Shown: one piece after another, positions 22,591 to 35,197 of the stretch
Layout of the letters: each line of letters opens with the position of its first letter
Position numbering within the stretch: position 1 is the stretch's first letter
Notes under the pieces: generated by a model
The model's input: only the letters and a program-made list of their open reading frames with translations
The model's database searches: none
Told to the model about the DNA's origin: nothing
Assembly (NCBI GenBank): GCA_040954595.2
Contig: CM082591.2
Span: forward strand, 3,767,957 to 3,831,956
Source: Balanoglossus misakiensis
Taxonomy: Eukaryota > Animalia > Hemichordata
Length of the DNA stretch: 64,000 nucleotides
Reading direction: 5' to 3'
Program-made: the position numbers and the translations under genes

Positions 22591-25500
22591 GTAGGGTCAC
22601 AACAGCGTCGATCTGGTAGCAGCCTACAGAGTTATGCATTGGAATTTGAGAAGGGGCATTTCCATTCTCGTATTTTAACTGATGCCTGCGTGTTTATGTT
22701 AAAGCGGGTGGCCTCACGCCGTGTGACCTGAGCTACTACTCTGCATAGTTCTTATTCACTGTTCCTCACTGACAACACGCGCTTGTGTTGTCAATCAGGA
22801 TCTGTAGTGCGTGTGTGTGTATGTTTCAGACCCCAAAACAAGTTTATTGTCGGTTGTCCTTACAAGGGTTGTCCTCGGTGCGGACACCCTGACTTTTTTA
22901 GGAAACGATCGCAGATGAGACATATCATGATCGTACAACTTTCCGACAGCCTTTCCTGTTGGAAAACGCCTGGCCCCCATTCCGTGTAAGCTAAACAAAA
23001 GTGTCCTGTGTTCGCTCTCTCATTGTATGCATGCAGCAGCCATTGAATGACACGTTGTTGTTCGTTCGATCGCCCAGTGGTTAAAATTTTACAGCGCCCA
23101 TTTATCAAATAACGGACTGCCCTACTCCGTTGTTGTGGACGTGAGGCCGTGGTTCTGTACGATCACGATGCCTCACACAACACACTTATCACGTCCATTC
23201 ATCCAACTACAGTTACTCCATTATTGTTAATTGTTCAGGAATTGTTAAAACAATGACATGTCACTGCCTGCAGTTGTAACAATTGTAACACTGTTTACTT
23301 TTAATTTTCCAACACATTTCATCTCGGACATAAAACATGACCGCCACCTACATAATCTAGTTAATATATAACTCCTAGCATTTTCTATGGTGCCAAAACG
23401 AATGACATCAATGATAAATTATCAAATTAAACAGAAAATGCCTTACGGCTACAACTAGCAGTACAAACAAAACTTATGTCTCCCTATAAAATTAAATTGT
23501 ATGCAATCATTCTTGCCCAAGTAGATTTCATGCTGTTTTATTTTAAATACTGTACAAACTGTGTGTTACACTAGTTATTCCAGGTTTATAATTGGCATTA
23601 TCATATGTATCTGAATAACAAAGTTACATGCTCTGCCTTGACTGTATGTTGCGTCCGTTTCATATAGGTCGTTCATTTCTGTTGTTGCAAAGATCAGACG
23701 AAATGGTACATGAGCTGGCTACATCATGAAATTGACGCGCTTCAGTGAATTGTGCTGAATATAAACTTGTTATCCTAATGACTTCCTGGTTTCCACATAT
23801 AATTTCACCTGCGGTATCTTAACCCTGTGAGCTGCGCGGCTGCAATTTGCCCAAGGGCAATACATTATTTGATGACACATGTTTGTGTATTGTACAGCTC
23901 CAAGCTAGTGTAGTCCAATGCCCTGGGGGACTTTTTCAGGGAAAATACGAGAGGTTCCCCAGGGTGATTTAAATACCTTCACTGGCTCTGCTTAGGACGG
24001 GGGAAAATTAACGGTATTCTTTGATTGGATAATTGAAAGAGACAGGTCTATATGAAACAAAGGTGACCAGCTGAGTCTCATTTTGTTATGTGTTTAGCAG
24101 AATTTACATCGAGATAAAGGGAGAAATTATATCACCTTCAGAGCTGTCATATTGGTCATCATTTCAAGATTTATTGATAGGATTTCTTTGCTGCGTGGAT
24201 TATTGTATTTTACTGGCATTTGCTTTGCGTGTCAGCTGTCAAAATGTATGGCTAAGCCAATCGGCTGTTGATTATTAATCAGTTTGTCAATTTCATGTGT
24301 AGTTGGTGGTGTTGACCAATCAGCATTGCAGAGCACATTTCTGTGAGCCATTCATGTTTTTTTATGCAATCAGCTATATTTGGTAGTGTTTTCTTTTTTG
24401 GTAGACAGTAGCAGTTGCCAATTGTTTATTGTGTCACTGGTCTTTGTATACGTACAATTGTCATCTGATTGTTATCTTTGTACATAAAGTGAAACATTTT
24501 GCAAGATTTGTTGCAAAATAATTTGCATGTCCACAGATTGTATGTACACTGTATTCATAATAGTCCAATTATCTGTGATAACGGCAATGTTGACTCTAGC
24601 TCATTTGTATGAATTAATTAGATTACTTTCATGGTGTAATTAGTTAATTTCAATTTTGTGAGTCTGCTTAATTGGCTAATTTATATAGCACTAATTGGCA
24701 GCGGACTTTACATTTATGTTGTCTATGCTTACTGCTTATAATTCTTAAATACAAAGTATTGGCAATCTTGAAATTATTCATTCTAGTCAGGTGTTGGCCA
24801 CATGACTGGTTGGGTTCTTCAGTAATTGAGATACATATAGCTAATGATGTAACTAATTTGTATCTGCGTATTGTTAATTGGGCCATTTTTGCATAATAGG
24901 CAATTATAACCTGTATCATTTACAACTTTCGTGGATTTCAGCCAATCCGTAATAAGAGGACATTCTCCCAGCCAATAACCATCCCAGAGTTTGATCTTTC
25001 TACGTGACTTGATTGATGCAACTGAAATCCTTGTTCTAACTTCTAAGTTTGTTAGCCTTTTTAAGACAAGTACTGTTTCATGTCTTTTTTCTGTAATTCA
25101 GCATGATGTGTGTATAAAATGTTTATTATTTTTATTCTGCCTTGACCATAGTAAGGAATGAAATTCCTCCACACCACTAACCGAAGTGGCTTCCTTATTC
25201 ATTGATGCATTTCATTGGTGGCAACAATACGGCCATGGTGGTATTGTTTACCCCTGGGGTATTCAATACGGGAATAACTTGCCCATGGCCCGCGTGGCAG
25301 TTAAAACTATACTGGCAGCTACTGGAAATTCCTACAGCTGGCTACTGTAGCTCGGAGCCAACCCTCTTCAGACCAGATTAGAGCAGTGGCAATCTCTTAA
25401 TTGCAGACACCCAGAACTGCAGTTTTTTTACACGCTTGATTTCATTTGTTTGCACACAGAAATGAAAGTCCCTGATTGGCAGCCGAGGTTGTTTATTTCA

Positions 25501-25741
25501 CTGTTGATTGTCTGTGGGTCACAATTGAGATCTACCAAGGTCACCTCAACCTAGAGAGTTCCCTTAAGTCGATTTAAAGAATGGCTTTTTATGGGATTTG
25601 TGAACCTTATAGTCACTCGCTCAAGTTATTTCCCCTGTCAGATTATAGTATACGTGTACACATTATTGATTTGTCCAGTGCATAATCTTGGTGCATTGTC
25701 CTGCTGAGGTTACGGACTAGAATGGTGTCCTCTTAATCTTA

Positions 25742-25938
25742 TTAACCCTTCCGACAAGTAAGTCAACTTGTCGTCAACTTTCAAAAAATAAACACTCACA
25801 TCTTTTTCAACATGATGACAATGGAATATTATGTCCATTTCGTTTGAAATTAACAAAAAAAAAATAGAGAAAATGGGTAAAAATGTTAAATTGTTGTATC
25901 ACGTTTTGACCGAGAAAATGTAGTGTTCAAAGGGTTAA
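25742..25938. mobile_element. piggyBac-type MITE
   Basis: TTAA|CCCTT ... AAGGG|TTAA ends (TTAA duplication plus CCC/GGG termini). Confidence 0.5.
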
Positions 25939-28457
25939 CTCTAAAATATGTTATTCTCTTCAGTTGATGGGTTCATCAGGTCACCAAGGGAGAGTGGACT
26001 TCCTTGATTATTAATAATAAAGGTTGGTGGTGGGCCGTGGGCTCAGCTTGCCTGGTCATCGTGGATGTTGAACCGAGCTTTCTGGGTTATCATGGGGTAA
26101 TGGGCGTCCCGTATCATTACATGATACTGATAGTGGTTTCTCCACTCATTATCTCGTGCTAGTTGGCTCCCCTCCAAGTCGTTGTAGGATAGAGGGCTCT
26201 GTGACATTGCAGGATTGGGGGGGGGGGGGGAATCATATTCCCCAGACTCTAGTAAGTTGGTGATTGAATTTTTAAAACATAGTGCATAATTGCTGTCATT
26301 GATAGACGGGGCGATTTCTAAGATTGTAAAAACCCTGTGGCCCTTCGACACAATAGCATAGTATGTAAATTGACGTGACATGCATTGACCCGCCAAGGTC
26401 GGCAGAGTCCCCAGTGATTTCAGCTGTCTGACATGAGCATTGCACACCAAGGCCACCATCGCGATACATACACTTCCCAGTTGCCATGTTATGGCCAGTC
26501 ATTCATGGAACACCTGAAGCTTCCTGGAAGTAGTGTTCCAGGAAAACGAAATAAACATCACCGCAAATAGTGTATCTTCTGGTTTCATTTCAAATTCAAC
26601 AATGTACTGGTCCCACCTTCCAATGACCATGTGGTTGCACACTTTTTTCATGTGGTCACCCATTGAAAGACTGTGATTGGCTAGATTAACCTTTCATTGT
26701 AATTAAGAAATTAGCTTCATCCCTGCATAAGGTTGATTCTGAAAGTTTTGATGCTAACTTTGGAAGAGCTGGTGGCATCATATTTTCCAGGAAAGGCATA
26801 GACTGAGAGGTTTCGTTGTTTCCGGTTGCAACCTATGTGACTAGTCTATAGGGATGACGTCCCCCACCCCCTCCCCCACCCAGCTTTGAACTTGTTGGTA
26901 GTAGAGGGATCAAGTCTTTTATTCACTCTAGCAGAAGTCTGGTGGGAAGGTCCGCATGATTAATCAACATCTGCTCCAAGAAGTGAAAGAGTTTCTGACA
27001 ACAAAATATGATACCACTTTACTGTGAACCATACATTAATTTTTATCATCAGATGTCGCATGGCAGATTTTGATAAGTTGTCTGTCCATAATATCACTCA
27101 GTCAGACTCAAAGCATTTGGTGTGTAATCTGATTTCATTTTGAAAACAGATGAGTTTTAACAATCACTGATAATCCGAGAGAAAATGAGATTTGGTGTAA
27201 TGTGATATATGTAGGGCTATTTTAGTTCAGATTGTTGACTTTTGTCATTTTTCATTTGAAAAGACGTGTACATGTATGTAAGTATACTGACTGTGTTCGG
27301 TGTTGGCTAGAGGCGATTATTGTTGTGTAAGTATGGTGCAGTTAATATGGGTAGCCTTGGGAAATGACAAGTTTGTAGTACTGAAGCCAGGAAGCATATC
27401 GGACAGAGATTTATGGGACTGGATAACTGTTTAACTACAATTGAGAGCCAGCATACCACGCATTCATTATTAATAGGCTACTGTATTCCAGTTCTCCTTG
27501 GCTGATCCCAAAATGACGTTCTGCGGTCGGACAAATTGAAAACATCCACGCACCCAAGACCCGTCCGCATTCCTGAGGTTAGCAGTGTTGTCTTTCCATC
27601 GCTGCAGCCACATCGTTGCTGATCACCCCTATTTATGAAATGCAGTGGTACGTCTAACTCATGTAAGCAAACTTGGAGCATTCCATTGCTACTTAATGGG
27701 AGGGGTGGGGTCTTTGAAGCAGATTTGCTTCTGAGCGACTTCATAAGATAGACCCAGCTGGTTCCGATTCCCATCATCGCACAAAATTCCCATTGTTTTT
27801 ATAACGGTCAGATAGGTCACGCCACCGGAAACCACGGGTGATTCGGTTAATAGACGAGGAAAAAATCTGTTTTGAGAGATGTCACTTCAGCGCTAAACAG
27901 AGCCCTTGAAAAATAAACTAGTCAAGAGAGAGTTTCTGCTTATACAAACATGTGGCTTCTACAATTATATGGCTTTTTAAAGCTTCAATATTTTTAGAAG
28001 TGCCAAGAATACCTGACATAATTTCTATTTTAAGTATCAAGATAATGGAAACTCAAATTTTGCACTAGTTCCGTATTTCAGTGTTCGATTTCACTTGTCA
28101 CAGTATAATTTCTGTATCAATGTTCATAGACATATGTCTAGTTGTGGTGATGGATTAATTAGTAATTAATTAGTTTTATGGACGTATATTTGCATGGAAG
28201 AGTTTATTGGGTATTTGCAGATACTGTGTTTTTTGCAATGTACGTCCATAGAATTTGTCAACATGCGTTTCGCCACACAGTTTTACTCCAAAGTAAACAC
28301 AGACCGACAACATGCCTGTAGTTGGAATCATGAATGGTTCTGTATCCTTGAAACTGGTTGTAACAAAGTTCAAAGGTCGCAGCGATGGAATCTCGGGCTC
28401 TTGCGCTTTGCAAAGTTCACTTCCCAGCTCTCTCATACACTAAGAAAAATGTTACGT

Positions 28458-28617
28458 TACACCTGTCTATATACTGGCCAATCAAGGGACTTTCCTAAAC
28501 TGGCCTTTATATACAGGTCAAGTAATACACATGTAAATTGCGCAAGGACTGTAACAAAGTGGCCACTATAGACAAGTCTCTGCTATAAAGATGGCCACTG
28601 ACACAGGTTTGACTGTA
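28458..28617. mobile_element. Second, inverted copy of the same pogo-like MITE family (left end unclear)
   Basis: Ends in CAGGTTTGACTG|TA; internal AAGTGGCCACTATAGACAAGT is the reverse complement of sequence near 9023-9043. Confidence 0.55.
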
Positions 28618-31600
28618 TAGAAATATTATGATAAACATATCAGCATGAGAAGACTTATCGCATCTTGACTGTCACAGTGAAATCAAACCAATCAAAAGAT
28701 AGGCCAGCCACAAATTCAATTTCGAAGCCAATATGTTTTGCAGCACGTACGATGCACCATGTTCTCCTGAGATAATTCAGTGTTAAACCATGGACATCAC
28801 ACTGAGTGATAATACACACAAACATATTATCTCCCACCAGCTGTCTAATTACCAGTATATTTCACCAGTACGTCGCATGTACTTTTCTATCTAAGACATT
28901 TCTTATCAAGGACGACATGGCAGCACAATGTAATTTTGCCAATTTTTATCGAATTTTATTCTTTGGTTGTTTTGTGTTTCCTGGCGATTGATGTACTTGT
29001 ATTCATTCTTCTCGATCCTCTCGGTGTTTGCTCTGTTTTCTCTTCCGTTCACCGTGTGCATCGTTTGAATACGCTGCACACAATGGTTCCGGTAGATGCT
29101 CATTAGCACGAGGTGTGGAACCGGTACTAGAGGTTTTGTCGTCTCGCCGTCTTGGAGATGCATGATCTGTATTGGTTCGTCTTTCATCGGGAAAGGCTAA
29201 TTATTTGTAATTGTTATGTCCAGAGCCAATGGGAATTCAGAGATTGGTGTTGAGCCATGTCACCAAGTGGTAATTGCCATGGCAACAGTCGATCAGAGAT
29301 TGTTTGCCTGAGTTGTAATTGCTATGGCAATAACCATGATAGTGAGTGTAATTGTTTGGTAATTGTTATGAAAACAACCAATCAGAGTTTGGCATTTGGC
29401 ACATCTAATTGCTTCAGCCAATCACCAATCAGTAATTTGTTGGTAGCATGTAAAAGCTTTGATGACATCAGGACGTTACCATCAGTATTATAATAATAGA
29501 TAATGACAACTCATCAACACAATGTGGCCAAGATATAAACAATAAACCTGTCTATGGCATTTAAAATGCCTTAGTAATAGCCAGCCTGGTGCTTTGCAGC
29601 TTGACAGCTCCTCGTAGAGTGCTTCGGTGGATGATTTCATAATTTGACAAACATTTGTGAAGTGTCACTGCATTATATCGGGATGAATAAATGAGTCATC
29701 GAGTGCCTGTGTCCAAATTGATAATTCTTTCGAAACCATCAGCTCTGATAAACGGTGAAGAGCTGTCTTTAATTTCTATTTACTCTCGAGAAAACTGACA
29801 GTACACAATTATGAATTATGCAAATTGGAGATGTTCTGCCGATAAGTGAAATTGATGCGTGCTAGGGGTTGCGCATCGCCCAGACAAAGTGCATGAAAAT
29901 CAACAGAGACGTACAGAATAAAAAAAAAATTGGAATTCAAATAACGGATTGTCAAAGATGAGTCGAAGGGACTTGATAATATTCGACAAAATGAAATAAA
30001 CGCGTTGATAAATGCGCGAGGTATGAAAAGAACAAATGATGCGTATTTCTGACGTCACCGGTATCTGCACGAAGCGGGGGATTTCTGATGAAGGGAATCT
30101 TGATGAGTTCCATTATCAGGGTGCAGGCAATGATTGCCATTGTAAGGGTTTTTTTGGGTGCGGAGACAGTAGAACGGGCGAGTAACAGCTGTAGCGGTAT
30201 GGACACAAGGTGGACCGAAAACGAAGCTAGTTTAAGCAGCTGTCATCGAACAATGATACGCCATTTCGGCGGAAGAGAACGAGAAATCGTATACGTCCTT
30301 TTTCGACGAACGTTGACACGACAGTCCCCTGTCAATCAACCTGTCACGGCCCTAGTTTCTGTTTCCCTGCCTGTGTGTGTCTTGAAGCACCATTGTCAGA
30401 TTCCCTGACTTTTATCAGGCTGTATTCTTAGCTTAGCCGCATTCAATGCGGCCGTGCGAATCTCGACGCCGCAAACTAGGGCGGTGTCGGGTTGCAGTGA
30501 AATTTACCCAGAAACTCTATACTTTTCAGCTACCACATACACTTCATTGTGAATTGTAAATCATACGCTCTCGCCAATCAAACCTAAATCCAGAGATTTA
30601 TTTTTTGAAAAAATACAATGTCACAGCAGAAAAAATGTCGCAATTTCAGTTATTTCGTCATAAATTACTCTTTAATGTACTACTACATTATACTAAACAC
30701 AACAAACAATTTTATACACCGTCTTATATAATTTGACAGAAGAACTTCCTGAAGAAAATGAGGTTTCAAAATTTATTGTTTTCATCTTGTCATGGATAAA
30801 CAATAGACTAATGTATGTAGATTGATCAGAGAATTATTTATTTCTATGGAATTAGTTTATTGCTGAAGGAAAATGGGCTTGTTTTGTGTGCGATAATGTG
30901 ATTTTAATGTCGTCTAAGTGCAAGGTGTAAATTTAAGTAGATCATGGATTTTAGAGCCAGTGACAGTGAGATCCCCCATCCTGCCTTTCTTCGTATCCAG
31001 ATGCATCGTGGGTAATTGGGAGAGCCGGTAATGGGGTGGGTGTGGCTGGCAACTTGGAGGTTGTCAAGGGGCCCATGCATCATCCTCGGGCGAGAAGAGG
31101 TTGCCACGTTCAAATGTGTGTGACACGCATTGAGTGAGGAAATGACCGATGTGGGAAAAAGGCTGGTGAGATTTGTGCTGCAACTTTTGGTGTAGGTGAT
31201 GTCATCGTGATGCCTGACTTAACTTCTTGGTGATGTTGAATACTGTAAACTTTCTTGATCGTTGGTTTTCTTGTGAACTGATCTCAGCGTCTAACTTATA
31301 TTTTAATGCGGAGGAAAAGACAACCCAACAATCTCCGGAAATGAACTTGAGAAACGACAACATTCAACAACTAATGAACTCCGGGATAAAAAGACTACTG
31401 AAGTAAATAGACCATTTATTGTGTCAGAGCAAAGCCTGTACAAATGAAGAACAATATGATGTTCCCCCACGAGACAGTCACAGCTGGATCAAAATAATTA
31501 CAGTTTATGAAGACATCTTCAGAGCCCATCAAAATCAATTGGCCAAAGTGTGTTACCATAATTAAATTTACTCACAAACCACAAATTATGTATTATTTTT

Positions 31601-34597
31601 ATTAGGTTTTTGTCATAAAAATGTACAATATCATATGTAGAATTTGGTTGTTGATCAGTTTTAATTTTTTTAATTTTGAACAGAGGTAATTTCAATTGTT
31701 GGTTGGATAATTAGAGTTGTGTGAAGTTGAAAGGTGCCAATTCACAGTGATAGATGTTCTAAAGAATTCAAAACAGAAGTCTTGGCTGAGAATTGTTGAA
31801 TTCTTTGTTTTTTACCGAAATGTGTGATTCATGTTCCCTGGTTTCCCGTAAAACAGTCTTGGCAGGAAGTGCGCAAGAATAACGCACATTGCGGGGAAAA
31901 AATTGGCAAACTACCAATCAAGAGAAGCTGACAGGTTTATGTGCTGGCAAATAGAAGTTTCCATCCTGCAGTGTTTCGATTAGAATTGGAAGATTTACCA
32001 GATTAAGATCTCTCGGCGGTTTTCCAGCCACCTGGGAATGGCCGCTTATTGTGATGCTTTATGGCTGTGTTATTATGCAAATTACAGAGGACTGGCGACC
32101 AATCATAACACAGCATGTGCCTCTGGCAATACTATGGCAACTGAGGATTTCGTCTTTCATATTTAACACAATCACAAAGCATATATGCCTTTTCTGGAAG
32201 GAATATTAGCTGCTACCTTTTCATGATGAATTGAAATTGTTGTTTTTGTGAGCTGTTGTATAGAAAGTTTTCTTGTTTCATGCTGTATTTTGGCCCTTCT
32301 CTCTCTCTCTCTCTGTGTCTGTCTCTCATGAGTTTCTTTCTCTCTCCCTCCCTCCTACCCTCCCCTTTCTCTTCCTCTCTCCACATCCCTCCCTGGGGAA
32401 CCAAGGTTCTAAGTGTTGAGAACAGACACCAGCTATCTATTCTGCTTCTGCATTGTAACTACATCCTCCCAAATCCCTGTCTTTGTCACAGTGGGATTAC
32501 CTCAGCCATAATATCTGGCGGGGTCTGTATACCTTTTCTTGAAATCTATCCGAGTTTTCCCAACGGTTTAGGCACATACAATCCCCATGTAGTACAAGTA
32601 GACTTGTAATCATATTGTAAGGGCATAGCTTATTATTTCAACCCTTTCCTGACAATTTATAGAATACGTTCATTGTTTTATTCTGTGATTCTGTTGATTG
32701 AGATGTGTAACTTTACTTCGTAAATAAGCCAGGCCATGAATGACTTTACAACTAACAGTCCATTATCAGATGAGGTTTGTAATCAAGGTGAAAAGGTTAT
32801 ACCGGTCTGACTTTGTGGTGGGGTGTTTTTTGGCACGGACCTGCAGTTTTCTTGCCAAGAGTTTTTGGCCGCTGGTGGGCGTGGCTGTTGTGCTTTGGCA
32901 TCAGACGCTCCATTGTGGTGATGGATGAGGTGTTTGGGTCTTAGGGGAGAACCATTTGATTCCAGGGGGAGGGGGGTGGCTGAAAAATATTTGCTGACAT
33001 ACCCAAATCCTCTATCCCCCCCCTCCCCACCAGAAATCAAATGGTTCTCCCCTTACGCAGAAGTGGACCCTGCACTCCAGTTTTGCTATACATTGTTCTG
33101 ACTATACCACTGACTATACATAGTAAGGTTGAACTGAAGAGCTTTGGTTAATTGGAGATGGACTTTTGCATTGGAAACTATAGTTCGCTTTGCAGGAATG
33201 TATCCAATTTGCTTGTGCGCATCTTTATCTGAAAAGAGGATGTTTTTGGGCTAAGGCTATTAAAATTCTTGGTTTGCCAATAGAGCTGCTCAGATTTGAA
33301 ATCTGGATTAGGAGAGCACAACAAAGGCCTCCATTGTGATGCAATACAACAATGGAATTTGATGAAAGAGAGTATTGAAAGGAGACAGGACAATAGCCAA
33401 CAATGCAGTGATTGACAATTGGACAATAGGACATCTCACCAATAATGCTGCAAATTGATTCATTTGTGGGGCCCCTGAAAAAGACCCCTGGGAAAATCCA
33501 GAACAATAGGGGATGTTTTGATTGACGGGCAAACAATGTTCTGTTGTAAAGCCGGGTAAACAATTTCAGATTTTAGATTAGACAAAAGGTCTTTGTGTCA
33601 AGAGTGTAATTGTTTTGCGATTCTGGTATGCTACCAGTAGCAGATTGCACCATTTGAATACAATAGTGAGAACAGGGACCCCTTGTTGTTTTGCACCCTT
33701 TGACGACTGTGGGTCTATTGCTCACTCTCCTCGCACGTTTTAGAAATCCCGCTTATTTTCGGGTGTCGAAATCTTCCCCCTCATCGCGTCATCGAAGTGA
33801 CCGTGCGCATCCCAGTGATAAGACAGGTATTGTAATTGTCCGTGACAATGTTTATTGACTCTCTTGTTTGTTGTTCTTGACCGTGTGTGACAATAGATGT
33901 CTGTGTGTCCTTTGATGATAATATCGATCTGCAGCTAGCAGAGGGCGTACCAAGGCAGATGAAATGAAGTATAACAATTTTTTGACGATAAAGCAACCCT
34001 TATACCCGTCGCATCGTCAAACCTGCATAAAGCATTTGCAATTTGATACAGACAGGTGACTTGAAGACATTTTCTGAACAGGGTTTCATTGAGGATATGT
34101 TGCACATGGGAAAAAAGCAGTTTTCTATATCATCGACATCACTCTCATCAGCATAGGATGATCACATTGTTTCTGTGTCTTCGTTGAACACGATATGCAT
34201 GCACCCTGGGGTATAGTATTTTCGCTACAAAATAATAAAATCTTTCTGAAACCATACATTTAAACTGATCGAGGAAATGGATTGGAAAACTGACAACAGG
34301 AAGGGTGCATTGTCCTTTTGGGGGGGGGGGATAAATTTCCTGTCCATTCTCCGGTAGAGAGGCGAATCACATTTGCATTGTGGGTAGAAAGGTTGATGAC
34401 TCACTGTTGCAAGAGTTTGAAGGGATGATCTGCTGCGTCTGTATTTCTGGACTTCTTTGAGCTTATTCAGGTTTTTCACTTTGTTATAACTGATATTTCT
34501 GCTGCAGAATATGACGCTGTTCCTCACAAGCTGAATTAAGATGAAAGTATGATGCAACGTATCATGTTTATGCAAAACAGAACTATAATGGTAATAG

Positions 34598-34625
34598 CAT
34601 GATGATGGTGGTAGTAGTGATGAAC

Positions 34626-34657
<32 letters not shown>

Positions 34658-34688
34658 GGTGATGATGGTGGTGGTGGTGATGATGATA
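34598..34688. repeat. (GAT/GGT)n trinucleotide microsatellite
   Basis: Directly visible; explains the poly-His, poly-Pro/Ser and poly-Met/Val pseudo-ORFs. Confidence 0.95.
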
Positions 34689-35104
34689 AATGAACAGGCA
34701 TTTAAGAGTTTTCAGAGATATTTTGCTCGCCAAGCTACATATATCAGACATCGGGGACCCCTTTGTACTGTACCGGCCAGGCCAACTCGGGCAAGCCACG
34801 TGGATCATACGATGCAAGGTTAGAACAGTGGCTTTAGACCAAGGGTTAATTACCCCTAGTAACACAGTGCACCCATGTTTACGCTGTAGAACACTTCAGA
34901 TGCCAGTGTGTTTATCAGTTCGAATCTTTCTTACCTATACCATTGTTTTTAGGGTCAAAGCTCTGATGACCAAGTGACCCAATTTAGGGTGTGTTCGCAT
35001 TGACCAATTTAGCAACACCCCTCTTGATAACTTCCGTTTGGTAGCCCGCTGTATTTCGTCCAAAGTACCCAGACTTTGCTTTGGTCATTGTTGACTTGAA
35101 CTGA

Positions 35105-35197
35105 AAACCTTTTCATCACAATGGTTTGGTCCAATGCCCTTGTTGTGGTACACCTGGACCTCTCTATATAGAGGGAAGTGGGGGTGATAGGGTGACA
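35105..35197. mobile_element. Inverted copy of the 56459-56553 MITE family
   Basis: CACAATGGTTTGGTCCAA is the exact reverse complement of TTGGACCAAACCATTGTG in the 56.5-kb copy; the termini are similar. Confidence 0.5.

Noticed and set aside
34225-34865. Poly-His, poly-Pro/Ser and poly-Met/Val ORFs
   Set aside because: Products of a (GAT/GGT)n microsatellite
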